Source of the DNA: Bryobacterales bacterium
GTDB lineage: Bacteria; Acidobacteriota; Terriglobia; Bryobacterales; UBA6623
Assembly: GCA_963422375.2 (NCBI GenBank)
Contig: OY729428.2
Location: 416,001 to 480,000 of the forward strand
DNA: 64,000 nucleotides
Direction: 5' to 3'
In this document: positions 29,518 to 39,135 of the stretch, piece after piece
Layout: every line of letters starts with the position of its first letter
Position numbering within the stretch: the first letter of the stretch is position 1
Notes under the pieces: model-generated
What the model was told of the DNA's origin: nothing
What the model saw: only the letters and a program-made list of their open reading frames with translations
Database searches by the model: none
Made by a program: the position numbers and the translations under genes

Positions 29518-29679
29518 CCAGCTCGGGCCGGCCTTCAGCCGGACCAAAGCAGGATATCAATTGCGGCCCCCGCGAGTTCCTCGCGCCTGGTGCCGGAACC
29601 GCGCCCGGTCCCCGGCAGGCGATAGCGGCGGGATACGGACGCTGCCCGCCCGCCGGGCGGCGCTATACTCCTTCTCGGC

Positions 29680-30528
29680 ATGCGAAGGCGAGTCGCGACA
29701 CTCCTGCTGGCATTGGCCGCGGCCGCGGCCGCGCAGCAGCATGACACCGAGGAATGGGTCCAGCTGTTTAACGGCAGGAATCTGGACGGCTGGATTCCGA
29801 AGGTCCGCGGCTTCGAGGCCGGGGAGAACTTCGGCAATACGTTCCGTGTCAGGGACGGCGCCCTGCAGACAGGCTACGAGGCCTACGGCGACAGCTTCAA
29901 CGCGCGATTCGGCCACATCTTCTACGAGCGCCCGTTCTCGCACTACATCCTTGCCGCGGAGTACCGGTTCGTCGGGGAGCAGGCGGCCGGCGGCCCGCGC
30001 TGGGCGGTGCGCAACAGCGGCATCATGGTCCATTCCCCGGCCCCGGACAGCATGGGCCGCGACCAGACCTTCCCCATCTCGATCGAGATCCAGCTTCTGG
30101 GAGGCACCGGCGAGCGCGAACGCACCACCGCGAACCTCTGCACGCCCGGGACGAACGTCGTCTTCGACGGCAAGCTCGTCACGCGGCACTGCACGAACTC
30201 CAAGTCGAAGACCTACCACGGCGACCAGTGGGTCCGGGCCGAGGTCATGGTCCTCGGTAGTTCCGTGATTCGCCACATCCTCGAGGGCGAGGTGGTTCTC
30301 CAGTACGAGATGCCCCAGATCGGGGGAGGCAACGTCGACGGGCACGACCCGGCCCTCAAGCGCGACGGCAGGTTGCTCGAGAGCGGGTACATCTCGCTGC
30401 AGAGCGAGAGCCATCCCGTGGAGTTCCGCAAGGTCGAGCTCCTGAACCTCGCGGGATGCATGGACCCGAAGGCGTCGAACTACAAGTCGTACTTCGTCAA
30501 GTCCGAGCCGGAGACCTGTCGCCCCTAG
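29680..30528 (+). CDS. DUF1080 / 3-keto-disaccharide hydrolase family secreted protein
   Basis: W..LFNG.NLDGW, NSG, EIQL, G.ISLQSE.HP..FRK. Confidence 0.9.
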   Translation: MRRRVATLLLALAAAAAAQQHDTEEWVQLFNGRNLDGWIPKVRGFEAGENFGNTFRVRDGALQTGYEAYGDSFNARFGHIFYERPFSHYILAAEYRFVGEQAAGGPRWAVRNSGIMVHSPAPDSMGRDQTFPISIEIQLLGGTGERERTTANLCTPGTNVVFDGKLVTRHCTNSKSKTYHGDQWVRAEVMVLGSSVIRHILEGEVVLQYEMPQIGGGNVDGHDPALKRDGRLLESGYISLQSESHPVEFRKVELLNLAGCMDPKASNYKSYFVKSEPETCRP

Positions 30529-30548
30529 CCCGGGCGGCGGCGAGCCGT

Positions 30549-31409
30549 TCAGCCGGGGCGGACCGCAGAGACGATGGGTGCCGGTTCGTAGGTTCCCAGC
30601 ACAGCTTGGAACTCGGTCATCTCTTCGAGGTGGCGCATGGCGTTGGAGCAATTCGTGTCGTCCGGCGAGGCGAGGATGTCGACGTAGAACAGGTATTCGT
30701 ACGGTCGGCCCTTAAGCGGCCGCGACTCGATCTTGGTCAGGCTGATGTCGCGCAGGGCGAACGCGCTCAGGCACCTGAAGAGCGCTCCGGGCACGTTCTT
30801 CGTAACGAACACGAGCGAGGTCTTGCGCGGCCCGCCCTGGACGAGGCTGACGGAGCGTTGCGGCCCCAGCAAGAAGAAGCGAGTGTAGTTCTCGCGGTCG
30901 TCCTCGATTGACGCCTGCAGGATCTTCGCTCCGTAGAACTCGGCCGCGGCCGAAGAGGCGACGGCTCCCAAGCTGTCGTCGGCCCCTTCCATCACGGTCT
31001 TGACGCTGCCCCCGGTGTCGTAATGGCTTTCGGCGCGAATCCTCGGGTGACCTCGGAAGAACTCGAGGCACTGGGATAGGGCTACGGGGTGCGAAATGGC
31101 CCGCTCGATCCGGTCCAGCGCGGACTCAGGCCGCCCGATCAGGTTATGCACGATGCGGACATGGGTTTCCGCGAGGATGGCCGGCTTGAAGTGCAGCAGA
31201 TTGTCATAGTTCTCGTGGACCGAGCCATACAACGTATTTTCGACCGGGATGACCGCGTAGTCCGCGATGCGGCGACGCAGTGTGTCGAACGCGTCGAAAA
31301 ACTTCTCGCATGGGGCGAACTCGACGTCGCGTCCAGCAAGGATCTGGCCGCAAGCCAATTCGCTGAACGCCCCGCGGGCACCTTGGAATGCGACCCTGAC
31401 CCGATCCAT
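30549..31409 (-). CDS. pheA: Prephenate dehydratase
   Basis: AFQG..GAFSE, PVEN..GSV, SHPVAL.QC, NYTRF, ACT domain PGAL...LTKIESRP. Confidence 0.95.
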   Translation of the reverse strand: MDRVRVAFQGARGAFSELACGQILAGRDVEFAPCEKFFDAFDTLRRRIADYAVIPVENTLYGSVHENYDNLLHFKPAILAETHVRIVHNLIGRPESALDRIERAISHPVALSQCLEFFRGHPRIRAESHYDTGGSVKTVMEGADDSLGAVASSAAAEFYGAKILQASIEDDRENYTRFFLLGPQRSVSLVQGGPRKTSLVFVTKNVPGALFRCLSAFALRDISLTKIESRPLKGRPYEYLFYVDILASPDDTNCSNAMRHLEEMTEFQAVLGTYEPAPIVSAVRPG

Positions 31410-31788
31410 CAACGTATGCAGCGGACTGCGCACGCTGCACGCGAGCAGTTCCGATGCACCGCCCGCCTAGATTATACGGCCCTGACGCGGTCGACAGCGG
31501 TGCCGTCAAGTAACGGCGGACAGAGCGTGGCGGCCACCCCAGTCCGAGCTTCCGCCCCAAGCTCCGGAGGCCGTCATGCGCGCCGAAACAAGCTTCGAGA
31601 CGGTTGCCTCCATCAGGGTCACGCTGCACTGGATCTGCACAGCCAGTTCTGGTAGCAGGCGTCGCAGGCGAACGGTGTGCAACTCTCCATCAGAACCGGC
31701 GATCGCAATCTCCCGGAACAGTCGATCGCTTTGAGTCAGAGATTCCATCGTCCTAGCGGGCGCTAGATGCTCCCGCGTCCAGCACTCA

Positions 31789-32010
31789 ATGCTCGCCGCC
31801 GACATAGGCGTCGTCGACCTGCACCATGCACTCCTACGGGCGATCGCCCTCGCAGCCGTGCGTGACCTGCATGAGCCTGTGCCCGAGCTTCCAAGCCGAA
31901 ATATGGTTCACACCCCGCTGGCAAGCCGGTTTGAGCGCCGAGATGCCATTCTTCCCTTGCGAGAGCAGGTAGATGGCAAAGGACCAGACGGCCAGCGACA
32001 GGATGGTGAT
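31789..32010 (-). pseudogene. IS1595-family transposase remnant
   Basis: W.FAIYLLSQGKNGISAL....GV....AW...H.LM, then a stop/frameshift, then VQVDDAYVGGE. Confidence 0.8.
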
Positions 32011-32187
32011 TCGGGGCGCGGAACTGTCGAGCAGCAAGACCTGGTGATTGCAGCTGCTTCACTGCTCGGCGCGGGCCGAGGCGGCAGCAGCTCCGCGAGC
32101 CACGAGCAGGACAGTGTATTTCGCGCTCCGCGCGGCACCGCAGAGGGTGGCGGCTGAGACAGGCGCATCAAAGATCTCGGGGCGCGA

Positions 32188-35100
32188 TTAGAGACCCGCC
32201 TGCAGGTACGCGATGACGTCCGCAATCTCTTGGTCGCTCAAGGAGTCTTCCAACCCTTCCGGCATGAGCGATACGGACGATACGCGAATATCTTCGACGT
32301 CGCTCTTCAGGACGGTGACGTCTTCAAGCTCGCCGCGCAGGGTGACCGTCGCGGCGGACTCGGCCACGAGGATTCCATCGAGAAACCGACCGTCACGGGT
32401 CTGGAGCAGGTGGTTTCGATAGCGGTCTTCAATCGAGTAGCTCGGGTCGAGGATGCTGGTGAGCAGAGTTTCCTTGCTTCGGTTGCTAACTCCGGAGAGG
32501 TCCGGCCCGATTCGCCCACGGGTACTGCGACGCAGATGACAGGAGGCGCACTCGCGCTCGAACGCGCCTCTGCCACGGCTAGGATCCGACCGCAGATCCA
32601 GGGTCGGCATGTGGGCCTCAACCACGCGGTCCCTCGCGTCGACGAGCAGTTCGAGACGGCCTGCAACACGGACTCTGACCTCGGCGTCGGGATGATTCTC
32701 CAGTCGAATTCGAGTAACGGCGGGAATCAGTTGCGGCTGGACGCGGCCGTCCTCGATCGCGTCCGCGAGTGCCAGCGCGTGGTCGCGGCGTCTCATGAGC
32801 GATTCTGCCACGGCGCCACGGACAGCCGGGTCGTAGCGCCTCCAGCCGGCAAGCAGCACCGCGGAAGCGGCCGGGCCGGGGAATGAAGCAATGGAAAGCG
32901 CTGCCTCCGACCTGATGGCGGTCCGGCCCGGCCCCTGCAGCACAGCATCGAGGACCTCGACCACATCCTCGAACAAGCCGCCCCGCAGAATCCGAATCGC
33001 CGCGAGACGCCGGTCCACCGGGAGCTGGGGATTCGCGGCATCCAGGATTGCCCGGCGAATCCCAGAACGCAGTTCGACGCGTTGCGCGAGTCGCGCGGCG
33101 ACGTCGCGCACCGGCTCCGATGGATCGCGAAGCAACAGTTCCACGGCTTGGACAACCCTGCGAGCCGTGAGGCGACGGCCCTTGTGGAGAGAGAAGCCCT
33201 CCGCGACGCCTTCCAGTACCGCCACCCTGTATTCCGGCAGGTCAAGAATCTCGGCCGCCGATGCAATCTCCAGCAATCTGCCGACCTCCGGGGCCAGGAA
33301 CCTGGCAGCGATCAGGAACGCGAGATCCCGGAGCAGCACGCTCTTCGGGCGCGACACCTCCTCGAATATCGCGGTGCCATCCTCAAGCAGCCAGTCGAGC
33401 AGCGGCTCGGCGAATTCCGAAGGGGCGCTCAGAACGGCCACTCGGAACCATGGATCCTCCGGGTTCCGGGACAGCACGGCCCCAAGAGCCTCGATTACCT
33501 CGGCCGACTGCGGCAGATTTCCGACTGTGAGTGCCGCTTGCAGAGCGACGCGCGGGTCGGCGTCGCGCGTGGCATCGATGGCTGCGTCCCCCAAGGCGGG
33601 CAGGAACGGCTCCGCCAGTCGCAGGGCGCTCTCGCGAACGGCAGGATGCAGGTCCCCCAGCGCACCGGAAACGATGTCCGCGTCCATTGCGTCGAGACCT
33701 TCCAGCGCCCACAGCGCATGGAGCCGGGCAGTCGGGTCGGCGGGCTCGGCAGCGACGTGCCGGAGAAGCGCGATCGTCGCCGTGTCCCGGCGCTCGACTA
33801 GGAGCCGCTGCGCCGTGCGCCGGTGCCATCCGTTCGGGTGTCCGAGCGTAGCGACCAGCTCGGCACCGCTGGCCGACCCTAGGCTGGCCCGGAGAGAGCG
33901 CACAGCTTCGGTACTGTCCGGGACGATCCGGTAGATCCGCCCGAGGGTGTCACCGGCACGGAAGTCCATACCGAGGCGCTTCTTGACGGCGTCGGGAATG
34001 AAGTCGGGATGTTCGAAGTACTGCCGGTAGTAGTCGAGCACGTAGAGATTGCCGTCCGGAGCGTTGGAGAAGTTCACCGGGCGGAACCAGCTGTCGGTCG
34101 AGGCCAAGAACTCGGACTTCTCCGGCCATCGGCTGGCCGAGTACGTTGGGCCGTCGGGAACGAGAACATCGCAATGAACTAGGTTTCCCGCCCCCTCCCC
34201 GACAAAGGCCCTCCCGACGAACTCCTCCGGAAACGAGTCGCCGAGGTAGATCGTCGACCCGCTCGAAGATGTGAAGAATCCTTCCAGCCGCTCGATCCGG
34301 CCCGGCTGCTCGCGCTCGTAGCGGGCCTGCCGAGCTGCGGTGCGATCAATCCGCCACTGCTGCGGCTGGCTCACGGGAAAGACCCGGGAGGCGGGGCGCC
34401 CATGATCGGAGACGTCCTGCTCGGTATTCTCGACGGTCAGCAGGGGATTGCGATCCAAGTAGCCCGGAGGGATCACCGTGTGCCTCAAATGCACCGTGTT
34501 GTGCGAGATGAACCAGTGGCCCCATTGGTTCCAGGACTGGCCGAACTGCGTGTCGCCGGTGGAGGCCTCCGAAAGCCCGCGAACGGGGTGAAAGCGGAAC
34601 TCGCGATTGCGGACGTTGACGGCCGGGGCGTCCGGGAAGCGACCGGAAATGATCCGGCCGGGATGCGAATGGTTCGCGACGTAGAACCAGTTGTCCAAAC
34701 CGAGCCGGGGGTTGCTAACGCGCCCTTCAACGTTTGTCAAGGCGAAGCCCGTGTAGAGAACCTCGCGCTGGTCCGCCCGACGGTCGCCGTCCAGGTCCTT
34801 GAGATAGAGAATATCGGGCGCGGCAGTCACGATCAGGCCGCCGTTCCACGGAGCCAAGCCTTCAACTGCTAGCAAGCGTTCTGCAAAGACGACATGATGG
34901 TCGATGACGCCGTCACCATCGGTGTCCTCGAGGTACTTGATCCGGCTCAGGGGTGTTTGTCCCGCGGGAGGGTCATGGGGGTTGTCAAGCAACTCGGCGA
35001 CATAGACGCCGCCGAACTCGTCGAATGCCATCTCGACGGGATCGACGACATGCGGTTCGGTGGCGAATATCTCGATCCGGAACCCCGGTGCCATCTGGAA

Positions 35101-35268
35101 TGAATTGAGGGCTTGGTCAGGGGAGAGCGGGCGTGAGGCTTGGAATCCGCACGACAGAATTCCAGCGCACCACGCGAGTGCAGCAGAAGCGATTAGGGAC
35201 ACACCGCCTCGCCAGACCACAGGCGGGGCGGGATGGAACCCTTGGCCGGCGGGAGTCGGTTCGTTCAT
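32188..35268 (-). CDS. PVC-type membrane-bound dehydrogenase-like beta-propeller / HEAT-repeat / cytochrome c protein
   Basis: Lipobox-like GILSC; GF.IE.FA.EP.V.DP; DTDGDG; WFRPVN...PDG.LY..D.YR; helical repeats; heme motif CASCH; IGPDL; SLMPEGL. Confidence 0.9.
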   Translation of the reverse strand: MNEPTPAGQGFHPAPPVVWRGGVSLIASAALAWCAGILSCGFQASRPLSPDQALNSFQMAPGFRIEIFATEPHVVDPVEMAFDEFGGVYVAELLDNPHDPPAGQTPLSRIKYLEDTDGDGVIDHHVVFAERLLAVEGLAPWNGGLIVTAAPDILYLKDLDGDRRADQREVLYTGFALTNVEGRVSNPRLGLDNWFYVANHSHPGRIISGRFPDAPAVNVRNREFRFHPVRGLSEASTGDTQFGQSWNQWGHWFISHNTVHLRHTVIPPGYLDRNPLLTVENTEQDVSDHGRPASRVFPVSQPQQWRIDRTAARQARYEREQPGRIERLEGFFTSSSGSTIYLGDSFPEEFVGRAFVGEGAGNLVHCDVLVPDGPTYSASRWPEKSEFLASTDSWFRPVNFSNAPDGNLYVLDYYRQYFEHPDFIPDAVKKRLGMDFRAGDTLGRIYRIVPDSTEAVRSLRASLGSASGAELVATLGHPNGWHRRTAQRLLVERRDTATIALLRHVAAEPADPTARLHALWALEGLDAMDADIVSGALGDLHPAVRESALRLAEPFLPALGDAAIDATRDADPRVALQAALTVGNLPQSAEVIEALGAVLSRNPEDPWFRVAVLSAPSEFAEPLLDWLLEDGTAIFEEVSRPKSVLLRDLAFLIAARFLAPEVGRLLEIASAAEILDLPEYRVAVLEGVAEGFSLHKGRRLTARRVVQAVELLLRDPSEPVRDVAARLAQRVELRSGIRRAILDAANPQLPVDRRLAAIRILRGGLFEDVVEVLDAVLQGPGRTAIRSEAALSIASFPGPAASAVLLAGWRRYDPAVRGAVAESLMRRRDHALALADAIEDGRVQPQLIPAVTRIRLENHPDAEVRVRVAGRLELLVDARDRVVEAHMPTLDLRSDPSRGRGAFERECASCHLRRSTRGRIGPDLSGVSNRSKETLLTSILDPSYSIEDRYRNHLLQTRDGRFLDGILVAESAATVTLRGELEDVTVLKSDVEDIRVSSVSLMPEGLEDSLSDQEIADVIAYLQAGL

Positions 35269-35560
35269 ATAGCAATATCGCTCACACGGGGCTCGGTCTG
35301 CTGGATCTGGTGGCAGAAACAAGCGCCGGCGACGCTTCCTCGATGTACCGGTGTGCGATCGCTTGCTACCTCTAGGCGAGTGTCAGCATCCGTCCGCCAG
35401 CTTGGCAATGCTACCGAGAATCCGCAAGCACCCTGTAGGCGACACCCTGTCAATCGGTAATTGCGCATGACCTCGCGATTGCACTGCGTTCCGACGCAGC
35501 CGTGTCCAATATTGGAACGGAACGCCGAATTCGGATTCGATTCGCATATCCGTAATGATA

Positions 35561-37073
35561 GGGAATTATATATCTGAGTGCCGACAACGCCATATCCGAC
35601 TAGAACTGCTGTGAGCAGGGAGGTGGGTGTCGAGCTGGGGTCATTCGAGTGCGGCCGCGGCGGGCACAGAGGGGTGGGGTGTGGGATCGTATCTGAATCG
35701 AGCCTGCCAGCGGATTGGACGAGGAAGGGACTAGAGAGGCCGCCTCGCATGCCCCGGTGGAACCCGGTTGGCGGTGGCAGGGCACCCCTTGCAAGCCGCT
35801 TGCAGGCCCTGCGAGGGCCGAAGACAGCGGATCCCCGGCGCTCGACGGCCTGCATGGACGGTCCGGACCGGACCGGGGTCGCGCCGGGGCATGCCGGATC
35901 CGGTGCGCCCCTCGTACCGAGCGTGCAGCGCACCGAGCGTGAAGCGCGCGCCCGCAGCGGGCTGCCGCGCTCAGCGCGGCGGGCGCCGCTCGGGCCGCGA
36001 CCGCGGCCTTGCCGGTCAGCTGCCGGCAGGTCAGCGTCCGGCCGACCAAGCCCCGCGCCATGCGCCGCATCCGTTCCGCCGTGTCGCAGTCGCGGTCGTT
36101 GCGCCGTCCCGCGAACTCCGTGAGGTAGCGGCCGAGATGACGGACGCTCATCCGGTGATAGGTTCCGTACAGGCCGCGCTTGAACAGGGACCAAAACGAT
36201 TCGATGCCGTTCGCATGCGCCGCCCCGCGCACGTACTCGCCGCCGGAGTGCCTGACGGCTTCGTGCGAGAACTCCGCCATGCCGGCGCAGGCCGCCGCCT
36301 CGTCGGAGCGGACCTGCGCCCCCGGCGCGCACGAAGCCCTGCAGGTCGCCCTCGGCGGTGCCCGGCAGCGGCCGCGCGGCCACTGCGTTCGTGGCGCGGT
36401 CCCGCGCCCCCGCCACCGGGGTCTTGCCGACGGGCCCGCGCCCGGCGCGGGCCTTCTTGCTCTCGTGCTGGTTGCGCTCCTTGCCGCCGACGCAGGTCTC
36501 GTCCACCTCCACCGGGCCGGCGAACGGGCCCTGATGCCGCTCCCGGCACGCGCGGATGCGGTGCGCCAGGTGCCAGGCCGACTTCCGGCTGATTCCCGGG
36601 TCGCGGTGCAGCTTCATGCTCGAGACGCCCTTGATGCCGGTAGTCAGCAGGAACAGGGCGACGGCCCGGGTGCGGTAGCCGAGCTTGGTGTCGGCCATCA
36701 CGCTGCCGGTGCGCACGGAAAAGCGCCTGCCGCAGCCACGGCAACGGTACGGCATCGAAGGGTGGGCCGTGCCGGACTGCACACTGGAGCCACGGCAGCG
36801 GGGGCACGCGGGACCGTCCGGCCAGCGCATGGAGGCGAACCACTTTTCCGCGGATTCGTCATCGGGGAACATGGCGATCACTTCGATCAATGTGATGCCT
36901 TTACGGAACCACTTTCCGGGACCTTGTTTCTTCATTTACGGTATCACCTACTGGAACTATTCTACCAAGAAACACCACAGAATGTCAACGGAAAATCGGA
37001 AGAAATATGAAATCTTATTATGGCTTGATAATTTCCCGACTTGATTCCCTCGGCACTCAGATATATAATTCCC
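35561..37073 (-). mobile_element. IS1595-family element, 1513 bp, perfect 24-bp IRs, 8-bp TSD
   Basis: GGGAATTATATATCTGAGTGCCGA (35561-35584) and its exact reverse complement (37050-37073); TAATGATA on both flanks (35553-35560, 37074-37081). Confidence 0.96.
36000..36935 (-). pseudogene. IS1595 transposase, frameshifted near 36325, original stop apparently lost
   Basis: Zn ribbon CPRC...YRC..C; EVDET..GG; then shifted frame SDE, H..V.HS..EYV, NGIESFWS..KRG..G.YH. Confidence 0.9.
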
Positions 37074-37507
37074 TAATGATAGCCGGAAGGGCCCCGATGG
37101 ATCGCCCCGATGCACGGGCCTGCCTAGGCGTATTTGGAGCGGCCAAGCCCTACGACCGCGTTCTACCATGCTTCCGTCGCTAACATCGGGCAAGGATACG
37201 GGACACTGGTGACAGGTTCTCCTTTCGACCAAGGGGACCCGCATGATGGACGCTCCTCCGTTACGGGATCATCGATCCGGCTCGCCCACCCTGGATTGGA
37301 ACAGCACCCAATCTCCCCAACTGGAGCCGTCAGGCTCTCTCTCAAACCCATCCTTGCCCACTGACTAGCCCACAACCCGCGACCGTAACGGGCCATGCGA
37401 CTCTGGATCAGGGTTAACTGCTTCGAACCAGATTCGCTCTGCAGGGTCACTCTGCGGAGTGCCTGCGCTCGACCGCTCGGCCCCGAGATAGCGCACTTAG
37501 CCGAGTG

Positions 37508-37600
37508 CTCAGATGCAATCTCGTACGCGATGTTGGTGATCCGGCGCTCGAAGCTCTGGTTGTCCATGAACTGCTTGAACAGGTCGGAGTCATCGTTCGT
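37508..37600 (-). pseudogene. Short remnant resembling the extreme C-terminus of a type I restriction subunit R
   Basis: NDDSDLFKQFMDNQSFERRITNIAY resembles the DDTELFKQF.DN..F.RW HsdR tail as I recall it; only about 30 aa. Confidence 0.5.
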
Positions 37601-37911
37601 GAATCCGCTTCCAGACTTGGTCACGCCCTCGGCACGGGCACGCGGGTGGAGAGCTCCCTCGCCGAGGCACACCCCGACGCCGCTCCCGAGAGCACTCGGC
37701 CGGAGCGCGCGCTTCCGTGCGTTAGTGCCGCCAGGAGAGGGGCGCGTTAGAGCGGATCGGGAGATCCAGCCGCCACGGGAAGACTCGTGTTGGCCCTGGC
37801 CTTGAGCATGATGGCGTGCCGCCGATCGATGGGTCGCGGCGCGAGACGGCCACCCTGCGCGGGCGGGCACTTGCTGGTACGCTTCAATTGGCCGCGCATC
37901 GAGGGCGGATT

Positions 37912-39135
37912 ATGGTCAAGTGGACGCGCGTTCCGATCCTGCTAGCCATCGCGATCCCTTGCTGGTCTGCCGACGCACCTGGGAGACTGCTGACCGAGGC
38001 CCAAGCCCTGCGCCTCCTGCGCGACAGCCCGCATCACCGGGAGCTGCGGGCTGAAGTCACGGTCGCGGAGGCGCGAAACCTCCGATACAGATTCTATCCG
38101 AATCCCGGCGTGATCGCGACGCTTGAAGGCGCGGGGCGCACGGACTTCTTCCTAGTCCAGCAGCCGCTCCCGTTGAACGGCAGGCGCAAGCTGTTGCGCC
38201 AAGCGGGGGAGTCGGCCGTGCGCGAGCACCAAGCGCGCGCGGAGCAAGGGCTGCGCCAAGTCGAGGCCGAACTCCGGGGCGCGTTCTATAGGCTGCTCTA
38301 CGCGCAGGAGCGCAGGGAAGCCGTTCTAAGGAGCGTGGCCGAGCTGGACGAGCTGTCCGGTCTCCTGCGGAAGCGCGAGGAGGAGGGCGAGGGGTCGAGA
38401 CTCGACGTAATCCGCGCCGAGCGGGAAGTCGCCGAGCAGGAGACCGAAGCAGCGGAGGCCGAGGCGCTGATTGCCGAAGCGCGCGCGCAACTGGCGGCCT
38501 TCCTCGGCGGGGACGCGAAGCGGGACGAATTGGTTGCGGCCGGAACGCTGGATCCCGCGTATCCCCTGCCCGCTCGCGCGGAGGCCTTGGCGCAAGGGCT
38601 CGCGTCCCGCGGCGACTACCGGAGCGAATCGGAGCGGCTGGAGCGGCTCCGCCTGGAATCCGAGGCCGCCGGGCGCCTCCGCATTCCCGACCCGGTCGTG
38701 GCGGGCGGGCTGAAGAGAGCCGACGCGGGCAACCGTCGCTTGCACGGACCCGTCCTCTCGGTGTCAGTCAGCCTGCCCGTCTTCCGAAAGGGCCAGGCAG
38801 AGAGGGCTCTCGCCGAGGCCGAGGCCGATCGAACACGCGCGAGACGCCTGGTGATGGAGAGCCGTCTCCTAGCGGAAATGCGCGCCGCGCACGACGCGCT
38901 GCGCTATCGCCGCAAGATCGCGAGCGACTACCGAGACGAGGCCGGCAGCCGCGCGGAAGCGCTGTTCGCGATCACCGAGGTCGCCTATCGGGAAGGCGAG
39001 CTGGACCTGCTGGATTTGCTGGACTCGTACCGCATCCTGCAGAGCACGCGACTCCGGATTCTGGAGCTCCGGGCCGCGGCGAAGCTCGCGGAGATCGAGT
39101 TCGACCTGACCGTGGCGAGGGAGCCGGCCCTGTGA
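37912..39135 (+). CDS. TolC/CzcC-family outer membrane efflux protein
   Basis: Signal peptide; PNP, Q.LPL.G.R, GE.S.LD..RA, SLPVF..GQ, AY.EGE..LLDLLD. Confidence 0.9.
   Translation: MVKWTRVPILLAIAIPCWSADAPGRLLTEAQALRLLRDSPHHRELRAEVTVAEARNLRYRFYPNPGVIATLEGAGRTDFFLVQQPLPLNGRRKLLRQAGESAVREHQARAEQGLRQVEAELRGAFYRLLYAQERREAVLRSVAELDELSGLLRKREEEGEGSRLDVIRAEREVAEQETEAAEAEALIAEARAQLAAFLGGDAKRDELVAAGTLDPAYPLPARAEALAQGLASRGDYRSESERLERLRLESEAAGRLRIPDPVVAGGLKRADAGNRRLHGPVLSVSVSLPVFRKGQAERALAEAEADRTRARRLVMESRLLAEMRAAHDALRYRRKIASDYRDEAGSRAEALFAITEVAYREGELDLLDLLDSYRILQSTRLRILELRAAAKLAEIEFDLTVAREPAL

Noticed and set aside
26303..29560. 1085-aa ORF and other long overlapping ORFs (e.g. 8730-11054, 12207-14084, 52029-53873, 59128-61017)
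   Set aside because: Arg/Pro/Gly-rich shadow frames of well-supported genes, expected at high GC; no motifs.
36300..36340. Programmed frameshift in the IS1595 transposase
   Set aside because: No slippery heptamer; residues appear to be deleted and many other lesions are present.
31789..37073. Composite transposon carrying the heme protein between two IS1595 copies
   Set aside because: The two transposases are of different types (VQVDDAY vs VEVDET), and the right element has its own TSD, so it inserted alone.
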